Source of the DNA: a bacterium
GTDB lineage: Bacteria; Krumholzibacteriota; Krumholzibacteriia; LZORAL124-64-63
Assembly (NCBI GenBank): GCA_024231905.1
Contig: JAAEQC010000202.1
Coordinates: forward strand, 5,422 to 69,421
Direction of reading: 5' to 3'
Length of the DNA stretch: 64,000 bases
Under the pieces are notes generated by a model. It made no database searches, was not told where the DNA came from, and worked only from the letters and a program-made list of their open reading frames with translations. This document shows positions 47,550-56,975 of the stretch, piece by piece. The first letter of the stretch is position 1. Each line of letters begins with the position of its first letter. The position numbers and the translations under genes were made by a program.

Positions 47550-49453
47550 TGCGTAGCACGATGCTGACCCTCGTTCTGTTCCTGATTGCCGGCACTGCCC
47601 TGGCCGCCGACATGGGCACCTCCGCCGGACACGATCTGGACAAGCTGTGGCGGGACGCCCAGAAGTCCTATGACCTGGAAACCGAAGACGCGGTGCTGCT
47701 CCTGGAGAGCCGCCACGTGACCGTGAGCGACGACGGCGCCCTGGCCACCCGCGTGCACCGGGTGGTGTGGATCGGCACCTCCCGCGGCATCCGCGAGTAC
47801 GCCGACCTGCGCGTCCCCTGGAACTCGGCCACCTCCACCCTCGACGTGGAGATCCTGCGCACCTGGATGGACGGCCGCTGGTGGCCCGACGCCCGGGAGA
47901 TCGGCGAGACCGCCGTGGTGCACACCCTGCCCCGGGCCGTGAACCACGCCGACGATTACACGTCCATGCGCGAGACCATGCTCCTGCACGACGGCGTCGA
48001 ATTGCCGTGCATCATGGAGACTGCGTACACCATCGCCGAGCAGGGATCGCCCGCGGCCGGCGCCGACGGACTGTTCGTGATCCCGCAGCGGGACCCCGCC
48101 GTGCTCACCGAGTACGTGGTGCGGGTGCCCACGGGCGCGGCCGTCAAGAGCCAGGCGCTGAACGAGGCCCCGTCGGCCGACACGAAGACCAGCGGCGGCG
48201 TGCGAACGCTGACCTGGAAGGTGGAGAAGTCGCCGGCCCTGGGGCTGCCCTGGGCGGCCAGGCCGGCGCGGTACGAACCGGCGGTGGCGTGGTCCACGTG
48301 GGATACGTGGCCGGAACTGTCGCAGAACTGGTGGAACACCGTGCTGGTGGAGGCGTCGGTGAGCGACGAACTGGCGGCCGAGGTGGACAAGCGGCGCCTG
48401 GGTGCATTCGGAGCCCGTGACGAAGCCCAGGTCGTCATGGACTTCGTGGAAGAGACCGTGCGCACGATCCACTACGACGATCGTTTCTGGCGCATGGCTC
48501 CCCGCGACGCGGACCGCGTGTGGGAGACCGGGTACGGACACGTGCTGGACAAGGCGGTGCTGACGACGGCGCTGCTGACGGCGGCCGGATTCGAAGTGAC
48601 ACCCGTGTTCGTGGACGCGCCGGGACAGACCATGTTCATATCTGTGCCGTGCTTCGACGGACTGGGCAGCCTGATGCTGCGGATGCGGCGCTTCGAAGGG
48701 GAGGCCTGGAACAACCTGGCCATGCTCTGCGACCCGGCCCACGGGACCGTGCACGCGGAATCCTTCCTGCAGGGACGGTCGTGGTTCCAGTTCGGGAATC
48801 AGGCCAAGCAGAACTTCGGCCCGACCGGGCCGAGCGCCAATATGGTGTTCGTGGTGCTGGAGCCGGGCGAGGACGGCGAGTGGACCGGGACCGTCGAGCA
48901 CAGCGGGGATTATCTGTTCCATTTCCTGGATGAGGCCGGGAGCGACGGGCTCGTGGCCCATCTGTCGAATCTGGTCGGGTCCGTCATCGAAGGAGCCGAA
49001 GTGGGCGAGGTGCGGCCGCAGGTGTTGAGCGCGCACGGGGCTTCGGTTGTCGGTGAGGTGACCCTGGCGGCCGGTGACGACGACGAGGACGCGGAGAAGA
49101 CGCGGCTGGTAATCGGCGTGCCGGACGGCGGGTTGCTGGACCGGCTGCCCGGAGACGTCCATCTATACGAGGACACGCGGACGGCGCCGGTGCTGCTGGG
49201 GACGGCCTTGCAGCAAATGGTCGTGGTGCGGGTGAAACTCGACGACCGCGAGGTCATGCTGATGCCCGAGGCACGGACCCTGGCCAACGACGCGGGGCTC
49301 TTCGAGATGGATTGTGCGGTGGTGGACGGGTGGGTGCAGTATGCGCGGTCGCTGCAGGTGAACGGAAAGGTCCCCGGGGACCTTTGGGCGGATATGCGCG
49401 CGCTGCTGCTCGAGGAGATGGATGAGGCTGGTGCGACGATCGTGATCGAATAG
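47546..49453 (+). CDS. DUF3857-family secreted protein, partner and paralog of the upstream gene
   Basis: Signal peptide MMRSTMLTLVLFLIAGTALA. Architecture similar to the upstream gene but lacking the Cys-His-Asp core. Translationally coupled. Confidence 0.6.
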   Translation: MMRSTMLTLVLFLIAGTALAADMGTSAGHDLDKLWRDAQKSYDLETEDAVLLLESRHVTVSDDGALATRVHRVVWIGTSRGIREYADLRVPWNSATSTLDVEILRTWMDGRWWPDAREIGETAVVHTLPRAVNHADDYTSMRETMLLHDGVELPCIMETAYTIAEQGSPAAGADGLFVIPQRDPAVLTEYVVRVPTGAAVKSQALNEAPSADTKTSGGVRTLTWKVEKSPALGLPWAARPARYEPAVAWSTWDTWPELSQNWWNTVLVEASVSDELAAEVDKRRLGAFGARDEAQVVMDFVEETVRTIHYDDRFWRMAPRDADRVWETGYGHVLDKAVLTTALLTAAGFEVTPVFVDAPGQTMFISVPCFDGLGSLMLRMRRFEGEAWNNLAMLCDPAHGTVHAESFLQGRSWFQFGNQAKQNFGPTGPSANMVFVVLEPGEDGEWTGTVEHSGDYLFHFLDEAGSDGLVAHLSNLVGSVIEGAEVGEVRPQVLSAHGASVVGEVTLAAGDDDEDAEKTRLVIGVPDGGLLDRLPGDVHLYEDTRTAPVLLGTALQQMVVVRVKLDDREVMLMPEARTLANDAGLFEMDCAVVDGWVQYARSLQVNGKVPGDLWADMRALLLEEMDEAGATIVIE

Positions 49454-49490
49454 GCGGGTTGGTTGGGATGCCAATCTTCGATGGGGAAAG

Positions 49491-49526
49491 CGACCCCGGT
49501 CCTCAGCGGGCCGGGGTCGTTCATTC
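49491..49526 (+). terminator. Rho-independent terminator candidate after the DUF3857 pair
   Basis: CGACCCCGG-tcctcagcggg-CCGGGGTCG followed by TTCATTC. Confidence 0.45.
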
Positions 49527-49555
49527 GCCATGTGGGCAATGGGCGCGAGTCGCTG

Positions 49556-50368
49556 TCAGGCGTCGGCCTCCTGGATTCGATCCAGCACCCACGCCACCAC
49601 GTTCGACTTGCCGAACACGACGTTGTACCGCGGCCCCTTCCCCTCACCCGCCGGACTCGACCCCACGCACACGAAGCGGCCGCCGGCCTCCTGGACGAGC
49701 ACCTCGGTGGCCGCCATGTCCCAGATGCTGACGTCGTAGTCCACCATGGCGCCGATCCGGCCGTCGATGGCCAGGGCGTGGCCGAAACAGTCGCTGTAGG
49801 TGCGCACGTATGCCTCGGAGCGCATGAGATGGTCGAAGACGGCTTCCTGGCCGCAGGACACGAACTGGTGGCGGTCGCCGGTGGCGATGATCTCCTGGTC
49901 CATGGGGACGAGGGGTTCGTCGGTCTGGATTCGGACCAGCTCGCCGTTGCAACGAGCGCTGAGGCCCGTCGCGCCGGCGTAGAGCAGGTCCAGGCCGGGC
50001 AGGGCGATGACGCCGACGACCGGTCGTCCTTCGTGGCGCAGGGCGAGCAGGGTACCGTACAGGGGGATGCGGCGGCCGAAGCTGCGGGTGCCGTCGATGG
50101 GATCGACGATCCATTGGAAGGGGGAGTCGGTGGTGGTTTCGGGGCGTTCTTCGCCGAGGATGGCGTGGGTGGGGTAGGCGGCGCGGATGCGGGAGCGGAT
50201 GAGGTCTTCTACGGCGAGGTCCATGGCGGTGACCGGGGAGCCGTCGGGTTTGGTTTCGGTGGCGAGGTTGCGGGGATCGTCCGCAAGGATGAGGGTGCGG
50301 GCTTCCTGGGCGATGGACTCGGCGGTTCGGAGGTAATGCTGGAGGTCTGGATCGGGGATACGAGACAT
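49556..50368 (-). CDS. Inositol monophosphatase family protein (SuhB/HisN-like)
   Basis: IMPase motifs: WIVDPIDGT, and the downstream metal-binding GDR / DYD blocks. Confidence 0.8.
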   Translation of the reverse strand: MSRIPDPDLQHYLRTAESIAQEARTLILADDPRNLATETKPDGSPVTAMDLAVEDLIRSRIRAAYPTHAILGEERPETTTDSPFQWIVDPIDGTRSFGRRIPLYGTLLALRHEGRPVVGVIALPGLDLLYAGATGLSARCNGELVRIQTDEPLVPMDQEIIATGDRHQFVSCGQEAVFDHLMRSEAYVRTYSDCFGHALAIDGRIGAMVDYDVSIWDMAATEVLVQEAGGRFVCVGSSPAGEGKGPRYNVVFGKSNVVAWVLDRIQEADA

Positions 50369-50648
50369 GATGGCCGGTCCTTAGTCGGGATGGAGCTCGA
50401 CCCCGGGCATCGAGCGTCGCTACTTACGGAACTCCCACTACTTCTTATTGGCCCGCGCCTCGACTGCCAGTCATTCGTCCTCTGCAAACTCGTTCCGCAC
50501 CGTGCGGCCCGCATCGGCTTCTTTGAGGATCGAGACGGTCTAGATCTCGGAGAATCACGACTTCCTCATCAAGACTTCCTCGCTCGATTATGCCAGAATG
50601 CTTTGATTATCACTGGTCTGTTTTTTTGGAAGGTTACGACACCACCTC

Positions 50649-51185
50649 CTACGCGATGGTGCTGAGCGACTCCATGATCCGCGTGCTCATGTTCTGATAG
50701 GCGACGATCTCCACCAGGCTGAGGATGTCCTCGTCTGAAAATCCCTCGCCGGACAGGCGCTCGACGTCGGCCGAGCTGCAGGCGTCCGGCGCGCGCGTGA
50801 TCTTGACGGCGAACTCCGCCATCAGCCGTTCGCGAGGGCTCAGATCCGCCTTGGTGTAATCGTCCGCAACCTGGTCGGCCAGTTCCTGATCCCGTGCCAC
50901 TCGACCGAGGGCTTCCGTATGGGAGGCCGTTCAGTGCACGCAGCCGATCAGGGACGACGTGACCAGCGCCAGGATCTCCTTCTCGCGGGGCGTGAACCCG
51001 GCGTCGCGGTAGACCGCGGTGCAGAGGTCGTCGATGCGCTCGGCCACGCGGGGGGTCAGGCTCGTCAGACGGGTGAGGTCGGAGATGTCGCCCGTCATGG
51101 CGTTACGGGTCTTTTTAAAGAGCTGCTTCGCCGCTTCGTTCGTGGTGTCGTCGGGCTCGATCTGGATCCAGGGGTTCCAGGGCAT
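50649..51185 (-). CDS. AhpD-like (carboxymuconolactone decarboxylase family) protein with in-frame TGA at 50931-50933; candidate selenoprotein (CxxU)
   Basis: Track ORFs 50931..51254 and 50649..50900 are in the same frame, separated only by TGA. Read-through gives ...LIGCVH-U-TASH..., matching the AhpD catalytic motif CSHCVASH with the second Cys replaced by TGA. ATG at 51183-51185 with RBS AAGGAG; total 178 aa, normal AhpD length. Confidence 0.6.
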
Positions 51186-51243
51186 GGGGGCTCCTTCGGT
51201 GAAGATGTCTCGTGCCAGTTCGATGACCCGCGCGCCGGCCGGT

Positions 51244-53103
51244 CTACGGCGCACTCTCGACCACCTGCTCGGTCGTCCCTGCCGTGGCCGCCTCTACCAG
51301 CCAGTGGCGCAACCGGGCCGAGTCGTCCACGGCGCCGATGCGCTCCAACTGCTCCGGGCTGATCTCCACTCCGCGGGCTTCGAGCAGGGTCACGACGCTC
51401 TCGGCCAGGGCCCGCGCCTCCTGCTGCGCCGCCTGCTCGGTGTCCTGCTTGCGGGCAATCTCTGCCGGCACCGGGCGCATCCGGTAGCGGTCGCCAGTCG
51501 CGGCAACAATGGTCTGTAGCCACTCCTGCGGGTAGCCCTCGAAGCGGGGCTTGCCGAACTCGTCCTTCACGTTGCCGTCGAGGTACTTGTAGAGCAGCTC
51601 GTCGAAGAGGCGGGTCCAGCGAGCCACGGTTTCGTTGCCGGCCGTGGCGGTATACTGCGTCAGGTAGTCCCGGGCCAGGCGGGGCGATTGCTCATAGAGC
51701 GCGACCGCCGCCGCGTCCACCTCGGGCACCTCGCCCAGGAAGCGACCCTCCAGCTCCTGCTGCACGCGCCGGATGTCGACGATCATATCCGCGTAGCGCG
51801 AGTAGGCGTAGTTAGCGACGCGGTTGAAGGCCCAGAACGCCGCGTCGTAGTCGACGTCGTGGTACGAGCCGGTGCCCACGCGAAACGAGTAAGGCGCCTC
51901 GGTGATGCCGGCGTAGGCGGGGAAGTAGACGGTGGTGTAGGTGTCGTCGACGCCGAACCAGTTGATGCCGCCGATGGGGTCGGGCAGCCAGGATCGCATC
52001 TGGGCGACGAATGAGAAGCCGGTCTGCTGGGTGGAGACAGCGCGCTCGTGGAAGTAGCGCTCGCCGTCAACCTCCCAGCGCATGGGCCGCCAGCGGTAGG
52101 GCAGCTTGTAGGGGCCGGCGCCGATGTCGGTGGTCATGTCCAGCGCCGTGTCCTCGTAGTGGTCGCGCATCAGGCCCATGACGTCGGCCACGGTCAGCTT
52201 CTTCGCGGGACGGATCCACAGCGGCACGGGCTCGGCGCCGGGTTCGCCCATGATCCAGCCCTCGCCGTGGTCGCCGCCGGGAGCGGTGCGCTCGAACATG
52301 CACCACACGCGGGCCTCGCAGGCGCGGCGCGTGCCGAAGGCGTCGGGGTCGTACACGTCGGCGAAGCTGAAGTCCTCGTCTGCGCCCTGGTACCAGCCCT
52401 GCTCGCGGGCGAAGTCGATCACGTCCGGGGCGTAGAGCGCGTTCTCGTCGTCAGCCAGGGGGAATTGGCGGATGCGGGCAGCGTTGGCGTGGCCGCAGAT
52501 GTAGCCGTCCGGCACGCGGCGGGCCACCCAGACGGCGCCCTTCTCCTCGGGGCCCTTGCCGATCAGGTCCATGATCCAGACCTCGTCCGGATCGCCGACG
52601 GAGAACGTTTCGCCCTTGCTGTAGTACCCGTACTCGTCCACCAGCGCGGCCATGATCTCGATGGCCTCGCGGGCGGTCCGCGCGCGCTGCAGCGTGACGT
52701 AGATGAGGCTGCCGTAGTCGAGGATCGCATCGAAATTGCGCAGCTCGGTGCGGCCGCCGTAGGTGGTCTCGGCCATGGTCACCTGGTGCTCGTTCATGTT
52801 GCCGACCACCGCGTACGTCACCGGCGCCTGCGCGATCTCGCCCAGGTACTTGCCCGTATCCCACTCGTAGATGGGCATCATCGTGCCCGGGGCGTGCCGG
52901 CCCGGCGGCCGGTAGTACAGCTCGCCGTAGAAGCCGTGGGAGTCAGCCGTGTAGGTGACCATGGTCGATCCGTCGGCCGAGGCGTCGTTGGTGATCAGGA
53001 AGTTCGTGCAGGCCGACGCCAGGGGAGTGGCGGTGAGGGCGACCGCGAGCGCCAGGGCGCCCACTACGAGCGGGACGGGGCGAGCGGGAATGAGGGTAGG
53101 CAT
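51244..53103 (-). CDS. Peptidase C69-family dipeptidase, secreted
   Basis: Signal peptide ends ...PLASA followed by the CTNFL N-terminal Cys nucleophile. About 620 aa, C69 length. The track extension to 53259 is rejected. Confidence 0.7.
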   Translation of the reverse strand: MPTLIPARPVPLVVGALALAVALTATPLASACTNFLITNDASADGSTMVTYTADSHGFYGELYYRPPGRHAPGTMMPIYEWDTGKYLGEIAQAPVTYAVVGNMNEHQVTMAETTYGGRTELRNFDAILDYGSLIYVTLQRARTAREAIEIMAALVDEYGYYSKGETFSVGDPDEVWIMDLIGKGPEEKGAVWVARRVPDGYICGHANAARIRQFPLADDENALYAPDVIDFAREQGWYQGADEDFSFADVYDPDAFGTRRACEARVWCMFERTAPGGDHGEGWIMGEPGAEPVPLWIRPAKKLTVADVMGLMRDHYEDTALDMTTDIGAGPYKLPYRWRPMRWEVDGERYFHERAVSTQQTGFSFVAQMRSWLPDPIGGINWFGVDDTYTTVYFPAYAGITEAPYSFRVGTGSYHDVDYDAAFWAFNRVANYAYSRYADMIVDIRRVQQELEGRFLGEVPEVDAAAVALYEQSPRLARDYLTQYTATAGNETVARWTRLFDELLYKYLDGNVKDEFGKPRFEGYPQEWLQTIVAATGDRYRMRPVPAEIARKQDTEQAAQQEARALAESVVTLLEARGVEISPEQLERIGAVDDSARLRHWLVEAATAGTTEQVVESAP

Positions 53104-53732
53104 GGCGTGTCGCTCCTGGACGGTGGCGGTGGCAAGTGGGGGCCGAGGTGATGTCGCCCTGATTGTCCGATCTCCGGCCAGGCAACTCTCTCGCTCTTGT
53201 CGTACTCGACCGGCGGCATATACCGCAAGCTCAAGTGCGAGCGCCGGCGATTGTACCACGCCTCGATCGCCCCGTCAGATCCTCGCGAGCCTGGTCCCGC
53301 CGGGGGCGTGACGGGCGGCTTTGTCGGCTGGAGGCTCTTGTTAGACGACCTACCTAATTCAAGCCATTCAAAGAGGCGAGATGCAGATTCTCGACGCCGA
53401 CCTTGAACTCACCGCAGTGTAGCTCCACTACAACTTCCTCGCTCGGCCAAATCGAAGGATACAAGTTGAACCGATAGACGCCGGGCCCGATGCCTGAGAA
53501 CTCGTCTATGCTCTCGCCACTCGTGCCGACTAATTCCTGGCAATCGCCAGCTTCCCTCCGGACAAGTTCCGAAACCAAGGAATCGCAACTCGACAATTGA
53601 GCTTGCTAGCTCACCTGATTCCATGAGACCCCGGAAATACTACTCCTTCTCTCGCTAGATATTAGCAGAAGTGTTCTTAGATATTAGACTTGAAACTGTC
53701 TCACTCTGGCTGGCGGGAAACAGTCCATCCCC

Positions 53733-53770
53733 CCCAACAATAAAACGGCCCCGGAACCATCCTCCGGGGC
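53733..53770 (-). terminator. Rho-independent terminator of the giant secreted-protein gene
   Basis: Minus strand reads GGCCCCGG-aggatggtt-CCGGGGCC followed by GTTTTATTGTT, 36 nt after the stop at 53806. Confidence 0.6.
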
Positions 53771-53805
53771 CGTCTCCCCCTCCATAGGCGCGATGGGGTA
53801 ACCGC

Positions 53806-56800
53806 CTACTTGACGAGGGTCACCTTCATCAGATCCGCCACCCCGGCCGCTCGCAGTCTCGCCAGGTACACCCCGCTGGCTGCACGCGAACCCTGAGCAT
53901 CCAGACCGTCCCATACCGCCTCGCCGGGACCGGCCCGCCGGTCTTCCATGACAAGCGTCCGCACGAGGCGTCCCTGCAGGTCGTACAGGGCCAGGTGGCA
54001 GGGTCCGTCCTGCTCCATCTCGAAAGAAATCGTCGTGGTGGGGTTGAAGGGGTTGGGCGAGGCTGCCACGATGCGCGTGGCCTCGATGGCCGGCACTTCT
54101 TCCTCCACGCCACTCACGCCCTCGGCCACCCACAGGGAGTAGCTGCCTTCCTTGGCCAGTTCGCCGGCGTCCGTCTTCCACACCGCCAGGCAGGCGCTGC
54201 CGCTGACGGGCACGTTGACGATCATGCGCTCGGTCACGCCGTCGGGCTCGAGCCAGGTGATCTCGCCCTCGAGGGCGTCGTCCTTGCCGAAGTACTCGGC
54301 ACCCTGGTAGAAGCTCATGCCCCAGTCCACGCCGGTGCCGTTGTCCTTCAAGGTGATCAGATGCGGACCCGGGTCGAGCAGGAACTCGTGGAGATTCAAC
54401 ATGCGGCCGGCGCCCATGGCATAGGGACCCATCTCGCCGGGACCGGCGATGCCGCCCCAAGTGGATCTTACTTCCTGCAGGTCGTAGCTCGTCAGGAACT
54501 GGTCCACGTCGTCCAGGACGCCCACGTCGTGGGGCACGTTGTCGGCCAGGCGGTCGTTCACCAGCACGAAGTCGATCTGGCCGTCGCCGGCGAAGCTCTC
54601 CGCGAGTACCGACGGGCCGAACCCATCCTGGGTGCCCGAAAGCGCCGTGTGGAGTTGCAGATCCGTGTTCACGAACGTGCTCGGGGGCATGACCGCGGCG
54701 CCGGTCCACCAGCGGTTGCCGCCGATGGGCGGAATGTAGGGCACGCGCCAGCCATCACAGTTCCAGTACAGGGTCTCGCCGCCGTCACAGGCGTCCCAGC
54801 CGCCCTCACGGTCGGGCAGGCGCTCGAAGCCGGTAACGTTGACGGAAGCGTTGGTGGGCAGCGTGGGCGGCGACCAGCAGTACTGGCGCGCCGAATCGTT
54901 GTTCCGCTCGACGCTCTCGTCCAGGTCGTCCAGGTAATCCATGTTCAGGGTCAGGGTGTGGCGGCCGCCGGGGATGGTCCAGGGCGTGCCGGCGCGATCG
55001 AGATTGCGCACGTTCCGTGAGCTACCCGCAGCCAGGGACGAGAACTGGCGCAGGCCCATGTCGCCCATGCCGTCGATGTCCAGGCCCCAGGACACGGTGT
55101 CCGCGCTGGCCAAACCGGCGTTGCGGGCGCCGTAGTTCAGCCAGGTCAGTGGCTGGCCGCCGTGCAGCGTATCCGGCAGCGGGCAGTTGAACAACGCGGA
55201 CGTGTCGTGAGGCTGGGGCACGATTGGTGCGTGCCAGCCCGTATACGTAGTAGGCTCCAGATCCGGCCGTGCCTTGTACAGCCCCACGTTCACCGCCAGG
55301 CTCGACGGGTGCTCCACCCGGTTGCCGTACACGACGCAGCAGTACTCGCCGGTCACCGCGAGATTCATGTCGATGCGGGCCAGACCCTCGGCGTCGGTGG
55401 CCACCGGGTCGAGCAGATCGGCCAGGTCACCATTCTCGAAGTCCGGCAGCAGCCAGCCCATGTGGACCGGACCGTCTTCCGGATCGCTGTACAACGTGAG
55501 CGTGGCCGGGCCCAGGTCGCCCGGGCCCACGTGGAACTGGAACATGGCCAACCGCTGGACGGTGTAAGGCGTCGACGGCTCGATGCCGAAGTCGAAGGGA
55601 TAGGGGCTCTCGTGGAGGTGGGCGATGCGGTAATCCTCGGTGAGGGCTGACCAGAAGTTGATGATCCCCACGTCCCAGGGCACGTGCCCCATGGTGTGGG
55701 TGTTGACCAGGAGAGCATGGAGATCGCTGTCGTAGCTGGTGGCGGCCACATTGAAACCGAAGGCCGCCTCAGGGTCGTCCGAGGCCGGGTGCAGGCGCAG
55801 CATATAGTTGTTCAGGCCGTCGTCGGACAGGCGCTCGCCCCACACGGCGACCCACTCGTAGCTTGCCGACGGTTGGATCCGTACACCGTCGCAGTGGTGC
55901 CAAGGGAAAGGACCGTACAGGTAGTCCTGGTCGTTGAGCGGCGGCACGGGGCGGGTCCAGGTGGTCAGGGGCGGCAAGTAGTCCCCCTGCCAGCACATCT
56001 GCACCGCGGTGACGTTGTCCGTCTCGTCGGACTCGGCCACCGCATTCAGGGCGTCGGCCCTCACCCGCAGCACGTGGCGGCCGCCGGGCACCTGGTACGG
56101 TCCGAAGTTGTAGGAGCCGTTCCAGTCGTAGGGCGGGATGGTCCACAGGCTGCGCGAGTCGAGGAAGTCGCCGTCCAGGTAAAGATCCATGCGCGAGGCG
56201 CCGGCCGTGACCGGCCCCGTGTTCCGGTAGCAGGCGTTGAGCCAGGTGGAGTCGGCCTCGCCGATCAGGAAGGTCGGCGCAGGCACGTTCGTCCAACTGG
56301 CATCGTCGACGCTGCGCGGCACCAGGGACCCCGCCCAACCCGGTTTCACGTCGAACTCGAAATTCGGCAGGTTGGAGAAGTTGGCCGTGGCGCCGTTGGT
56401 GCCGTCGTAGGGGGTGTCGAAGGTGGCCGAGAGAACCGTGGCGTCGCTGAACTCCACGATGATCGTTCCGCCCATGAGATCGGAGCCGTAGGGCATGCCG
56501 GTGGCGCCCATGTCCAGATCCATGGTGAAGCGGAAGTAGTCGCCGCCGTCGAAGCCCGTGAAGGTCGAACCGAAGTCCTGGGTGTCCGTCCCCGCGGGCA
56601 CGTCGAAGTAGAAGCTGTAGGACGTCACCCCGTCGTTCTGGGGCGAGCACATGGACGTACCGTCGGCGTCGAGCCAGACGTTCGTCGCGTTCCAGTCCCA
56701 CCAGGCGTCCACCAGGGTCACGCCTTCATTGGTGGTGAAGGTGATGTCGATCCAGTTGCCGCCCTCGCCGCAGTTGCTGGCGGTGGACGACCCTTGGATC

Positions 56801-56862
56801 ACGGCGGACGCGGACGACGCGGCCAGCATCAGGGCCAAGAGAATCATGACGAACGGTTTCAT
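53806..56862 (-). CDS. Giant (~1018 aa) secreted protein with CARDB-like domains and T9SS-type C-terminal sorting domain
   Basis: Signal peptide MKPFVMILLALMLAASSASA; CARDB-like segments (...GGRHVLRVRADALNAVAESDETDN...; ...GGRHTLTLNMDYLDDLDESVERNNDSA...); CTD NPFNPTTTISFEM...LYDLQGRLV...ASGVYLARL. Confidence 0.7.
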   Translation of the reverse strand: MKPFVMILLALMLAASSASAVIQGSSTASNCGEGGNWIDITFTTNEGVTLVDAWWDWNATNVWLDADGTSMCSPQNDGVTSYSFYFDVPAGTDTQDFGSTFTGFDGGDYFRFTMDLDMGATGMPYGSDLMGGTIIVEFSDATVLSATFDTPYDGTNGATANFSNLPNFEFDVKPGWAGSLVPRSVDDASWTNVPAPTFLIGEADSTWLNACYRNTGPVTAGASRMDLYLDGDFLDSRSLWTIPPYDWNGSYNFGPYQVPGGRHVLRVRADALNAVAESDETDNVTAVQMCWQGDYLPPLTTWTRPVPPLNDQDYLYGPFPWHHCDGVRIQPSASYEWVAVWGERLSDDGLNNYMLRLHPASDDPEAAFGFNVAATSYDSDLHALLVNTHTMGHVPWDVGIINFWSALTEDYRIAHLHESPYPFDFGIEPSTPYTVQRLAMFQFHVGPGDLGPATLTLYSDPEDGPVHMGWLLPDFENGDLADLLDPVATDAEGLARIDMNLAVTGEYCCVVYGNRVEHPSSLAVNVGLYKARPDLEPTTYTGWHAPIVPQPHDTSALFNCPLPDTLHGGQPLTWLNYGARNAGLASADTVSWGLDIDGMGDMGLRQFSSLAAGSSRNVRNLDRAGTPWTIPGGRHTLTLNMDYLDDLDESVERNNDSARQYCWSPPTLPTNASVNVTGFERLPDREGGWDACDGGETLYWNCDGWRVPYIPPIGGNRWWTGAAVMPPSTFVNTDLQLHTALSGTQDGFGPSVLAESFAGDGQIDFVLVNDRLADNVPHDVGVLDDVDQFLTSYDLQEVRSTWGGIAGPGEMGPYAMGAGRMLNLHEFLLDPGPHLITLKDNGTGVDWGMSFYQGAEYFGKDDALEGEITWLEPDGVTERMIVNVPVSGSACLAVWKTDAGELAKEGSYSLWVAEGVSGVEEEVPAIEATRIVAASPNPFNPTTTISFEMEQDGPCHLALYDLQGRLVRTLVMEDRRAGPGEAVWDGLDAQGSRAASGVYLARLRAAGVADLMKVTLVK

Positions 56863-56975
56863 GGCTAATCCCCCCATCGGCGTGCGGCGGGCCTCGGTCG
56901 ATTCAGAGAGGCCCGGAGTGTGTTCCCACCAGGAGGAACGCGACGGGGCGACGACGATCACAGGAACGAGAAAAT

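Noticed and set aside
47372-49162. 596-aa minus-strand ORF
   Set aside because: Antisense to the DUF3857 paralog pair; no start context; compositionally driven.
50369-50648. Lower-GC 280-bp spacer with a T7 run (gtttttttgg) after the AhpD-like gene
   Set aside because: The T-run is on the wrong strand for the flanking minus-strand genes and has no preceding stable hairpin. Probably just the IMPase promoter region.
53354-53624. Two overlapping small minus-strand ORFs (80 and 71 aa) inside the low-GC island
   Set aside because: The 80-aa frame starts with TTG and has no RBS. The 71-aa frame has an ATG but no similarity or RBS. Retained only as part of the low-GC island finding.
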